Shown: positions 52,290-61,716, counted from the first letter of the stretch. The stretch is DNA of 64,000 nucleotides from Vulcanimicrobiota bacterium (GCA_963820825.1 CAWGBN010000008.1:320001-384000); one strand, 5' to 3'. Program-made: numbers and translations. Notes: generated by a model from the letters alone, not told the origin.

Positions 52290-52964
52290 ATGCTGCTGCA
52301 CGGAAGGACCGAGACCAGAACGATGGCCATACAGCCGGCACGGGTCCTTTTTATCGCCTCCTTCCCCCCACGGGAATGGGGCGTCGCGACCTTCACGCAG
52401 GACCTGGTGACGAACTATGCGGCCCTGAGCGGCGCTCGCGTCGACGTCATCCCGGTTTCGAACCCCGATTTCCGCGAGACGATCGCTTACCGGATCGTCG
52501 GTAATATCGCGGCAGCGCATCCGCAATCGTATTACGAAGCGGCCGCACGCGCGAATCGCGATCCGTACGAGGTCGTAAACATCCAGCACGAATACCGCTC
52601 CTTCGGGGGCGACACTGGCGAATGGTGCATCGGCTTCATGCGCGCACTCCGCAAGCCCGTCGTGCTCTCGCTCCACTCCGTCGTGCCGAATCCCAGCCCG
52701 AAGCATGCGACGATCGTGCGCGCCCTCTGCAACGCGGCCGCGAAAATCGTCGTGCTCGGCCGCGGCCCGCGCAAGCATTTGATCGCCAACTACGGCATCG
52801 ATCCGCTGAAGATCAAGGTAATTCTCGACGATCTTCCCGATATGCAAGCAGGCCTTCGCATCGCGCGGACGCACGCCGTCCTTTTTAAAGCCGTCCGCAG
52901 TTGGAACGTGGTACGCTCGCTCCCGCTCATGACGCCGGTCAGCCTCCCGACCTGCGCCGTCTAG
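52290..52964 (+). CDS. Glycosyltransferase family 4, N-terminal domain only
   Basis: FIASFPPREWGVATF, VVNIQHEY and VLSLHSV match a GT4 N-domain; no C-terminal nucleotide-sugar domain. Confidence 0.65.
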   Translation: MLLHGRTETRTMAIQPARVLFIASFPPREWGVATFTQDLVTNYAALSGARVDVIPVSNPDFRETIAYRIVGNIAAAHPQSYYEAAARANRDPYEVVNIQHEYRSFGGDTGEWCIGFMRALRKPVVLSLHSVVPNPSPKHATIVRALCNAAAKIVVLGRGPRKHLIANYGIDPLKIKVILDDLPDMQAGLRIARTHAVLFKAVRSWNVVRSLPLMTPVSLPTCAV

Positions 52965-52993
52965 GGCGTAGAACAACCTCTTCGGGGGGCGAG

Positions 52994-53059
52994 ACGAAGC
53001 AGCGGCGCGGTCGCCGTGACGCGCGATGGAACTCGTCCCGCGTCGCGCCGCTGCTTCGT
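52994..53059. terminator. Long inverted repeat between convergent genes
   Basis: Perfect 16-bp arms ACGAAGCAGCGGCGCG / CGCGCCGCTGCTTCGT. Confidence 0.6.
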
Positions 53060-53063
53060 TGAC

Positions 53064-54413
53064 TTACAACTGTCGGCGCTTGAGCAGACGCCGTGCCGGG
53101 ATGCCGTTGCGTCCAAAGGCGTCAATCCCGTGCGGTACCACCGGCATCGCATTGAGCTCGCGAGCAAGCGCGCCGGTGGCCGACGTCTTGCTGGTCAGAA
53201 CCCACGCCGCGTTATAGTTAAGCTGGTACCAAGGGCCGCCCCAGGCACCGAGGCTCTCCCACGCATTGCCATTTGAGTACATCGTATCCTGAAGCACCTC
53301 CACCATGCACACAGTGGTGTTGGTTGAATCGAGATAGTAGTCCATCGCGTTCGTCTCGTATATGCCCAAGATTGGGTCGAGATCCCAGTATGCTTCCTTC
53401 ACATCCGTGGCCTCTTCCCCGGAAAGCGTACCGCACGCCGACGGCATCGTCACCGTTCCGGCAACCGTATAATTGTCGACGTACGCGGGGTCGGGCAGCG
53501 CACCGCCTCCTGGATACCAGTCGGGCACCTGGGTCCTCCCGGTCGGGAAGGGCAATGGCGCCGTCCCCGAGGCCGTTACCGGGATATGCTCGTTTTTCAC
53601 CGCAGCGAACTTCCACGTTTCGGGGTTGACCCCGAGCCCCGGTAGGGAAAGCACGTACGTCGCCGGCTTGCCGAACGCGAAGTCGTACTGCTCGGCGTAG
53701 CCGCCATAGCTGCCGTAGTTCGCGAGCTGGTCCTGGCCAATGTACGAGCCGTCCGCGCCGTTGGTGCTACTGCCGTTGGCGCTGTATCCACCCGATCCGG
53801 TCTGCTTCTCAGAGTAGCTGGCGATACTTGCGGCCGCGCCACTCCAGGAGGAACCACTCGTCGCCGGATAGACGAATGCCGTCGCCCCTTGCGGATAAGT
53901 GGTCAAAGCGCTGTACTTAAACGTGCCGCTGGTTTCGGCAATCTTGGAAGAATAGTCAACCTGCGTGATAGACGACCCCGATGCGACGAAACCAAAGAGG
54001 GTCGATTGTTTCGACTTTCCTCCGGTCGATGTCGTATCTTTGGTTATCTCGGTATATATGCCGGTCTTCTTGTCGACGGAGAACTTGTAGATGAAAGTGC
54101 CGGTGGCGGTATTCGTTGGCCCCGGGCTCGGCGCGGCTGTCGGCCCGGACCATCTCGTAACGTTGTCGCTGCGATTCCATGCGTAAGTCAGGGTCTCGCC
54201 AGGGTTAAACGGGGGTGTCGCTTCGGTGTACGGCCCGGGCGGCCGAAGCAGCAGCCCTGAAGCCGTCTCGCGCACGGCCGCGGTCGAGTGCCCGGCATTG
54301 GGGAGTGCACTGGAACCCGAAGGCTGCATTCCAAGGCTCGAGCACGCCGCCACCCCGACGGCGCACATTCCTAGAAACAACGAACCAAGTCTTGGCCAAA
54401 GGCAACGATTCAT
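53064..54413 (-). CDS. Ser/Thr/Tyr-rich hypothetical secreted lipoprotein
   Basis: VAAC lipobox, AAAGGAG RBS, 449 aa. Confidence 0.8.
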   Translation of the reverse strand: MNRCLWPRLGSLFLGMCAVGVAACSSLGMQPSGSSALPNAGHSTAAVRETASGLLLRPPGPYTEATPPFNPGETLTYAWNRSDNVTRWSGPTAAPSPGPTNTATGTFIYKFSVDKKTGIYTEITKDTTSTGGKSKQSTLFGFVASGSSITQVDYSSKIAETSGTFKYSALTTYPQGATAFVYPATSGSSWSGAAASIASYSEKQTGSGGYSANGSSTNGADGSYIGQDQLANYGSYGGYAEQYDFAFGKPATYVLSLPGLGVNPETWKFAAVKNEHIPVTASGTAPLPFPTGRTQVPDWYPGGGALPDPAYVDNYTVAGTVTMPSACGTLSGEEATDVKEAYWDLDPILGIYETNAMDYYLDSTNTTVCMVEVLQDTMYSNGNAWESLGAWGGPWYQLNYNAAWVLTSKTSATGALARELNAMPVVPHGIDAFGRNGIPARRLLKRRQL

Positions 54414-54562
54414 CCGAGAGCTCCTTTCAATCCAACAGCGGCGAGGCCTGAAGGGCGAGGGATTCTAGCATCAAGCGGGCCCATTAGACCTAAGATGCGC
54501 CTACCTGCTGCCCTTGTAACATGTATCCATGATGGCGCTGCGGCGCGATTAGCGGAACGGAC

Positions 54563-54585
54563 ACTTGGACAACCGACTTGGACAA
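54563..54585. repeat. Tandem ACTTGGACAA boxes
   Basis: ACTTGGACAA at 54563 and 54576; partial TCGGACAAG near 54625. Confidence 0.5.
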
Positions 54586-54840
54586 GTGCGACCGATGCCG
54601 CCGAGGGCGTCAAGGCGCGGAGTCTCGGACAAGGCTTTAGAAGAAGCCTGTGCGTCGGCCCACGGCTCCGCGGGCACCTTGCCGCTCGGCGGACCGTCGT
54701 CTTACCGCGCCCCTTGCCGCAACCGGTATTGAATCCATGCTACTACACTTCTGCCCGCTGATGCTAAGCCGTGTGCGGGCACTCCGTTGACGACGTCGTC
54801 GCGAACCAATGCCTGATGGACACGATGGGCTTCGCCGAGG

Positions 54841-54871
54841 GATAATACATAAGGGCCTTCAAACGTCCGGT
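54841..54871. repeat. 31-bp direct repeat, copy 1 (dif-like)
   Basis: GATAATACATAAGGGCCTTCAAACGTCCGGT. Confidence 0.92.
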
Positions 54872-54890
54872 GCTGCCGACCCCAGCGCAT

Positions 54891-55887
54891 TCACGCCTCC
54901 GAGGATTGCTCGCTCTCGCCTGACTGATCGACCCGCAGGATGGCCTCCGCGATCTCCGCGTCTAGTCCGGGCTCGCTGGCTTTGCGAAGCTCAATAAGCC
55001 GGTCAGCCGCCCAAGTGGCCACTTTATCAATCTGGCTCGCAAGGGACGCTCGCTCGACGTTTTGAATGACGCGGATCGCCTGTCGGCGCCTGCCTTCTTG
55101 GAAGTCCCATGCGATGACACCGTTGACCCCTTCCTGGATCGAGTTCGAGCGCGCTCTAAGCAGTTCAAAAAGCCGCGCGTTAACGCCCGAGTCGGCGTGA
55201 TACAAAAAGACGTCCGAGCGTAGCTGATTCCGTCCAAAATTGACTGAGTACGCTATCGCTCCTTGGTGGGTTCGCTCCAGTACGTAGTCGGTATAGCGAC
55301 TCAAGGGCTCCAGCAATCGAGCGAATGCGCCACTGGCAACGGCGATCTCATGGATGCTGTCAAAAACCGCATTGAGTTGCTCTTGATCGGGCGCAACTTC
55401 GGTGCTCCTGGCTATCTGCGAAGTGCTTTTTTGCCACTGGTTCGGCAAGACCACAGTTCGGAAGTTGACCGCCGGCTTGGAGTCGTCGCAGCACTTCGAC
55501 TTGGATTCCAAAGAAATGCCTTGTGGCGATCGTGTTTACGTTAAGCCAGTCCAACGCCGCGCGATGCTCCTCCCGAAAAGTTGGGCTAATCCAGACGATG
55601 TGCCTTGCGTCTAATCCGGATGCATACGTCAGGATTTGGCCGAGGTGACGATGGTCGGTCGGTTCGATCTGGTTCTCGATGATGACTAGATCGTCCGTGC
55701 CAACGACGCGTGCGAGGATGTCTAATGAGAACGAGCCGACTTCGGCCTCACGTTTTAACAACTCTAGTTCGAGGCCTAGCATATCGCCGAGACGGTCAAG
55801 ATTGTCGGCAACCCACTTCGAGAAATGCACAGGTTCCGTAGGGAAGGTCTCACGAGGATTCAAGAAACGAAGCGTCCCGAGATCCAT
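54891..55887 (-). pseudogene. DUF4268-type protein with N-terminal PD-(D/E)XK nuclease-like domain, frameshifted near 55490
   Basis: FSLDILA...VIIENQIEPTDHRHLGQILTYASGL; continues as DDSKPAVNFRTVVLPNQW in ORF 54891-55511. Confidence 0.75.
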
Positions 55888-55951
55888 ATTAGCCTGTTCT
55901 CCTGAGATTGATATCGCTTAGCAGCTAAGAGCCTTCGGCGCGAGCGGCGCT

Positions 55952-55982
55952 GATATTACATAAGGGCCTTCAAACGTCCGGT
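55952..55982. repeat. 31-bp direct repeat, copy 2 (dif-like)
   Basis: GATATTACATAAGGGCCTTCAAACGTCCGGT. Confidence 0.92.
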
Positions 55983-56021
55983 TTGCGTTCGGCAGATCGC
56001 GACGCGGGCACATTGCCAGTC

Positions 56022-57044
56022 CTATAAAGCCAAGGTAATTACAACGGCAGAAATTCTTATGAGCGCGCGCTTCGTGAAGGAGTGAATCGTGTTGATGGGA
56101 GCCACGTTACCATTGGAGCCGGCGGCATAAACGTTTATTCCGGCTGCGCGCCCGTTTGCTTCGTAGATGTTGTCGGAGCTGTCCAGAGCGATGCCAATTG
56201 GACGTCGCATCGTTGTCAGGTGTCCATGGATCTTGCGGATGGGTGCTTCGTTGCCATCGGCTCCCGCGGGGTACACCGTAGAGATAGGCTGGATTGGAGT
56301 TAAAGTCTGCCACGTATATGTTCCCGCTGGAATCGAACGCGAGCTCCGTAGGATGAACCAATTTCGTACGGCTGCCAGCGATCGTTCGCATGGGCGTAAC
56401 GTTAGCCGTGCTGCCAGCGGCGTAGACGGTGATAGACGCCCCCGGCGTTTGCAACGTAAATGTTTCCACTTGTGTCCAGCGTGATCCCAGCCGGGAAAGA
56501 CAGTCCGGTACTTGGGCCGCTGATTACTCCGAGGGGAGCGACGTTTCCACTTGCGCTCGCTGCGTAGATCGTGATGCTGTTGTTTTCCAGAGTTTGCAAC
56601 GTAGAACTCTTCATTGTATTGGTCGAAGGCAATGCCGAAAGGGCTGTTCAATCCCGTTGCTGGGCCTCTTATCTTCTGTATTGGCGCGACATTCCCCATC
56701 GCGCCAGCGGCGTAGACGGTAACGGAGTCCCCACCGCCCTGGTTTGTAACATACAGGTTGCCGCTTCCATCTTCCGCGACGTCCCTCGGCGCAGCAAGCC
56801 TGGTGTTTGAGCCGCTTATCTCTCGTATCTGCGCCCAGTTGCCGCTGGTGCCTTCGCGCCCAAAGACCGCCAACGTCCTGCTCCATAAGGTATATAGGCA
56901 GGGGCACGAACTCGTGCTCCGTTTGATAGTTCCTGATTGGTTTTGCTGAGCGGCGTTCGCGCTTGAAAAGAGGGTATTTCCCCCGCAGCTTGTAAGTAAC
57001 AAAATCGCCATCGATGGGGCAACGATGTACGTTGCGGTTGACAT
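56022..57044 (-). pseudogene. NHL-repeat beta-propeller lipoprotein, several frameshifts
   Basis: LTSC lipobox; repeated PxGIALDSSxNIYVAN...VYAAGxxGNVAP units spread over three frames. Confidence 0.75.
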
Positions 57045-57167
57045 GCGCACAATCACGCTCCTTTTTCTGCAACTTGCAATGCGCGGCAAGGTCCTAAGCT
57101 ACTTATCTAATGATCCCTGCCGCCCTCCTGGTGAATCAAAGGACAAGGCGGTCGGACCGCGGTTGCC

Positions 57168-57198
57168 GATACTACATAAGGGCCTTCAAACGTCCTGT
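57168..57198. repeat. 31-bp direct repeat, copy 3 (dif-like)
   Basis: GATACTACATAAGGGCCTTCAAACGTCCTGT. Confidence 0.92.
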
Positions 57199-57210
57199 TA
57201 GCCTGCGTCC

Positions 57211-59208
57211 TCATCCGTTGCTTACTGCATGCGTCATCGCTGGCACCCATGCAAACGAGAAGAGGTCGCGCATCCCATCTGCATCGATTCCGTTCGGTCC
57301 CACCCCGAACGCGTCGAAGAGTCTGCCGTACTTGCGGGTAAGCGCATAAACCAGGTTTACGTTCTCCTCAATCTGCTGCTCCGGCAGTTCCGGGTATTCG
57401 TCCGTCCGATTGCGGTGCGCCACATATTGGTTGGTGATGGTTACCAGCGCACGGCAAGCCTTCTTGAGCGCCTTTATGTCAGCCGCAATCTTCTCCGAGC
57501 TCATGTGAGTACCTGAGGCATCGGCAATGGCGGCAAAAGCTGCGGCGGCTTCGCCTTCGTATCGCTCTTGCCATTCGCGCCGAACCGACAGCGCTCTGGT
57601 CTTGAGCGTCTCGACGCACTTCTCAAGGCCGTAGGCCGTCGGATTGAGTTTTAGCTCTGTTAGGAAGTTTAGGAGGGAGACGCTGCGAACATCTGAGTCG
57701 ATCTGGCGGCGTACAGCCACCATGACGGATTCGACGACGGCTCTAGCGATGAACAAGAACATGTAGATGCTCGCAGGATGCTCGACGACGCGCGCATTCG
57801 ACATGCCAGCCGCGTGAATGACCTTGAAGTGTTGCCATACCGTCCAAGCATTGTTGATTTCAATGCCGATGGTTTCGATGTCAGCCTTCCATCTCGCGAT
57901 AAGGGCTTCGTCTGTGGGGATGCGACGGCGTTCCCATGGCTTGATCGCAACGAGTGTGCGGCGGAAGAACTCAAGGAAGCGCTCCAGGTCTGCGTGTGGA
58001 TCGGGATTGTAGAATGTGCCCGAGCCATCTTCGTGTTGCACTAAGACGACGTGCTTCATCGGTGAGCCGAGCAGAGCGAGCTTCGCCTTGTAACGAGCCA
58101 TAGCGATGACGTAATCACGCATCTCGCCTGTGAAGTAGTCCGCATCAGTGAAGTAGCCGAGCTCGACGGCTTTCGCGTCGATCTCTTCGTCGCTAAAATC
58201 GTTATCGTCGGCGTAGACTACCTGCTGGGTCAACAGCTCACGGTGAACCGAAGTGTGCCGCATATCGCGCAATAGCCCATAACTATCCCAGAACGCGTCC
58301 TCTTTGAACAGCGCATAAACCTCCGGTGCGCTCTGCTTGATAGCGCGTTGAAACGATGACTTGAGAGCGCCTATTTGAGAATCTGGAGTTGGCAAGTTGT
58401 ATGCTCTTACGATCAACGTCGCGGTTTGATCGAACGCGGTGTAAAGATTCACGTAGAACTGATTTAGATAGGCAGTGTATTCGAAACGGAAATCCTGACG
58501 CTCGAACCCTGCTCGGTGCGCCCAGCGATCCTGCTGACGGTAGAATGCCATCCGGTCGCGACTAAAGCAGAGCGTCTGGAGAGTCAGTACGAGCAGGCGC
58601 ATCGCTTCCGCGGTTTCCGACGACACCTTCTTCGACTGCTCCCACTCGTGGAGAATGTCCGTGAAAATGCTGTGCTCGCTCATTGCGTAGAACTGCATCC
58701 ATGGTTGAAACTTCGCCGCCCCTTCGAACGACCACGGAGCGTTAAAACCCTTGGCATGCAATTCCGCTTGTCGCAGAACTCCGGCTATCGTGCTCGTCAC
58801 CAGCGCCGAATCGTCGGTGATGGCTGGATGCAGCTGCTTTTCGTCGCCCGACAGAACAACGTCGCAGTCGTAGCGTCTCGCGATTCGTGCAACCTCGTCG
58901 GCGTCGGACTCATCGAAAGCCGCAATCTTACTAAACTCGACGGTGAGCGATTCGAGCGTGGCAATCGCAGTAGCCGCCTGCGCGGGAACGAACAACGTGA
59001 CCTTCAGATCATCGAAGCCGAGGTCCGCGAAATACCAGTTCAGCAGTTGGATGCGCGCGAGCCGTTCGCTGTTTGCGGCGTCCAGGGTCTGGTCGGCGAC
59101 GAGCACGTCCAATCCCCTCTTCCAGAGACCCGTGCTCGTTATCGTAGCCGTGCCGTAATCGTAGAGGAACCGTAGGGCGAGATTCCGTGGAATCATTTGA
59201 ACCACCAT
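57211..59208 (-). CDS. Multidomain HEPN protein (possible PIN-like + HEPN + AbiU2-like HEPN)
   Basis: 665 aa. Acidic N-terminal motif (SDADEV...DCDVVLSGD), RHTSVH (Rx4H), and a C-terminal DSDVRSVSL...TNQYVAHRN segment resembling AbiU2. Confidence 0.6.
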   Translation of the reverse strand: MVVQMIPRNLALRFLYDYGTATITSTGLWKRGLDVLVADQTLDAANSERLARIQLLNWYFADLGFDDLKVTLFVPAQAATAIATLESLTVEFSKIAAFDESDADEVARIARRYDCDVVLSGDEKQLHPAITDDSALVTSTIAGVLRQAELHAKGFNAPWSFEGAAKFQPWMQFYAMSEHSIFTDILHEWEQSKKVSSETAEAMRLLVLTLQTLCFSRDRMAFYRQQDRWAHRAGFERQDFRFEYTAYLNQFYVNLYTAFDQTATLIVRAYNLPTPDSQIGALKSSFQRAIKQSAPEVYALFKEDAFWDSYGLLRDMRHTSVHRELLTQQVVYADDNDFSDEEIDAKAVELGYFTDADYFTGEMRDYVIAMARYKAKLALLGSPMKHVVLVQHEDGSGTFYNPDPHADLERFLEFFRRTLVAIKPWERRRIPTDEALIARWKADIETIGIEINNAWTVWQHFKVIHAAGMSNARVVEHPASIYMFLFIARAVVESVMVAVRRQIDSDVRSVSLLNFLTELKLNPTAYGLEKCVETLKTRALSVRREWQERYEGEAAAAFAAIADASGTHMSSEKIAADIKALKKACRALVTITNQYVAHRNRTDEYPELPEQQIEENVNLVYALTRKYGRLFDAFGVGPNGIDADGMRDLFSFAWVPAMTHAVSNG

Positions 59209-59278
59209 GTTCTACAGCGCAGCGCGTCGCCGTCCGCCCTAGACCGTTTCAGCCCAGGAGAGTAGAGTATCACGTTCG

Positions 59279-60625
59279 TCAAGGCCTCTGGTTTCGTTCA
59301 GGGCTGTTGCTTGCGCGGCCGGTGACTCGGCGCCGGTTATTCTCGGCGAGCACGGCGCCTCGTTTCTTCGCCGCCTCGCCTCCGTGCCCGGGATTAAGAC
59401 CGGCCGCACGCATCTCAGCAAGCCGCGCCTGCGCCTTCTCGATCGGCTTCGCTACCTCGACGCTATAGCGCAGATAGCAATGGCGCCCGCAGAACTTCAG
59501 TCCTTTCCGCGGTAGCGGCTCCTTGCAGTAGCCGCAGGTGGACTCGATCCCACGCCGCGCGCCGCTGCTCGATCGGCTTCGGCGCTTCGCGAACCAGCCG
59601 CCGCGGCACGGCGATCCGGCGCAACTGCTTGGCGTAGTCGTTCGCGAGCTCCAGCGCCGCCTTGCGGAAACGGGGCATCAGCGCCGAGGCGAGGAGTCCC
59701 GTCAGATCGGGATCGAGCCGTACAACCCCATCGCGCAGCTCATGGAACATCGCCGGGTGCAGCTTCTCTTTGTGGAGCAGCTCCAGCGCCCACACGTCGG
59801 CCTTCGCTCGCAGCGGTTCGAGCAGATCGTAGATGAACGATTCGCGCAGCCGATCGTCGGTGTGGAGCAGCCCAAGGTCGGGGTCGAGCCCGACCGCCTC
59901 GCAGGCGATCCGCGTCTCCACTTCGAGCAGCGTATAGCAGTAGTTCAGGATCGCGTTGAACGGATCGGTCGCATCGCGTACCCGTTCGCGTCTCCCGTTT
60001 GTCCGCGGACGAGATCGCCGCCCAGTGCGCCGGTATCCGCTTGAGTGCCCACGGTCGCCACGGCAGCGGCGTCTCGACTAGGAGATTCCAGTAGACTTGT
60101 GCGGCACGTCCCTCCAGCGCGAGGAAGTCCACAAGCGTCGTCGTTTCCATCAGCGACGCTTTGCATGCGTGGATTTCCGAGGTTGCCGTGGACTTCCCGG
60201 AGACGTTCACGATTCCGAGTCTCGGAAAGTCTCGTTCGATCGCGGAAATCTGCGAGTCCAGTTTCTTTTCCAAGGAGGTACCGCGCCAAGTTCACCGCGT
60301 CGTCCGTCACCGCGGAGACCGCCTGTGCCCGCTTCACCGGTCCGTCGTGCGGCGCGTCGGGAACCATGCAGTTCAGCAAGGTACTGTCGGACGCCACGAA
60401 CGAGACGGCGATCCCCATGCGGGCACACCAGTCGATCGCCTCCATCGAGACGGTCCCGCCCGGCGCGCGAATGACGATCCGTTCGATCGAGCACCGTCCG
60501 CGCGGGAAGCGGATTTCCCGGGTCTTTCCTTCGCTTGCGAAACCGTCGCGCGTGACGAGGTGGCCTCGCTCGACAAATAGTTGCGCGTTGTAGCCTTCGA
60601 TGGTGAGAACGCGATCATTGTGCAT
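59279..60625 (-). CDS. cas1: Stand-alone Cas1 (casposase-like) with C-terminal zinc finger; three frameshifts as assembled
   Basis: N-domain GGTVSMEAIDWCARMGIAVSF; LEGRAAQVYW (Glu); ATDPFNAILNYCYTLLE; GLDPDLGLLHTD (His); SFIYDLLEPLR. Tail CGYC...FCGRHC, stop at 59279. Indels near 60270, 60005 and 59545. Confidence 0.9.
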
Positions 60626-61616
60626 GGTCTACTCCAATGACTTTTGGAACGAGTTTGTAGGTTGTTGCAAACGAGTCGATTGCGGTATCGATCCCCTGTG
60701 TGTCACCAGCGAGGTAAGCCGCCATATTCGCTATGCCCCTCTCGTCGTGACTGACGTCGAATGCACCAGCATAGGCGAGGCTGCGAAGCGCAGCATCCGT
60801 CGCCTCGAACTCCGATGCATCTTCGACGATCGGGTAGCTGGGCACCGGACGAATCGGCACGCGCACGCCGGCCGCTTCCAAACGCCCAATGAGCAGCGCC
60901 TGCATCTGCATCGTCTGAACCGCAGCGCGAACCTCCGGCTCGGGGGCATCTCCACTCGTAACGATCTGAAAATGGCTGTGCCGGCCCTGACGAAGCCAAG
61001 GCGTGATTTGGTCTAGTAGAAGCATTGCTTTGGGTGCAAACTCGATCGCTGCGCTCTCATCAACGCGCATCATTGTAAGTAATCGAATAACGTCGCGCTC
61101 GAAGAAAGCGCCCTCGTTGTAGGCTACGGGAAGCAGCATGCGGGCGGCATGCTCGGTAAGGTCTCGCGCTAGTTGGTAGGCGGGGTCAGCTTTGATCTTT
61201 CGCTTCGGCACGAACTCATTCGCCAGCTGTCGCGCAAGATGCGGGATGCGCCGCGGATGAAAGCCGATGCCGCTCCAGCTGTTCGCGCGATGGAGCTCCC
61301 GATCGACCTTCGCCAACGCCGCGGAAATTCGATCGCGGGCGCCGCGATGCACCCGGTCCCATGGAATGGTGTGGTAGTTGCGATAGGCCAGTTCGAGACA
61401 GAGGCCATCATGATCGCGGGCAAGCTGCATAGTGCCCTCGATCGACAATATGTATCGCAGATCGATCAGCGCGGCATCGGAGATCCGGTATTGGCGTCCG
61501 CAGCGCGTCGAGCGTACGCCAAAAATGCGTAGCCGGTGCAACTTGTCCGACCCGATCCTAAAGCCCTCAGCCCGCAGCTGGTCGAGGGCCTCGCTCAAAA
61601 GCGGTCCGTCAACCAC
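60615..61616 (-). CDS. Hypothetical protein (possible N-terminal DNA-binding domain), overlaps cas1 start
   Basis: 333-aa ORF whose stop overlaps the cas1 start by 11 nt. Confidence 0.65.
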   Translation of the reverse strand: MVDGPLLSEALDQLRAEGFRIGSDKLHRLRIFGVRSTRCGRQYRISDAALIDLRYILSIEGTMQLARDHDGLCLELAYRNYHTIPWDRVHRGARDRISAALAKVDRELHRANSWSGIGFHPRRIPHLARQLANEFVPKRKIKADPAYQLARDLTEHAARMLLPVAYNEGAFFERDVIRLLTMMRVDESAAIEFAPKAMLLLDQITPWLRQGRHSHFQIVTSGDAPEPEVRAAVQTMQMQALLIGRLEAAGVRVPIRPVPSYPIVEDASEFEATDAALRSLAYAGAFDVSHDERGIANMAAYLAGDTQGIDTAIDSFATTYKLVPKVIGVDHAQ

Positions 61617-61716
61617 CTAGAGGGTATTCGGCGCGGCAGCTTTTGGCTCCGCGTGAAGTTGTCAGTTCCGCGCCTTTTCTGGCGGCGTAGCAGGCGTCAG
61701 AAAGGAGGCCTGAGTC

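Noticed and set aside
54841..57198. Canonical CRISPR array next to cas1
   Set aside because: Spacers are over 1 kb and contain genes; no 30-40 bp spacer array and no other cas genes were seen in the window.
52994..57198. Classical integron (attC sites)
   Set aside because: The repeats are conserved direct copies without RYYYAAC...GTTRRRY ends, the 52994 hairpin also lacks them, and no IntI is visible.
59271..59292. Fourth, inverted repeat copy at the cas1 stop (CACGTTCGTCAAGGCC)
   Set aside because: Only a short gapped match, lacking the TTATGT arm; likely chance.
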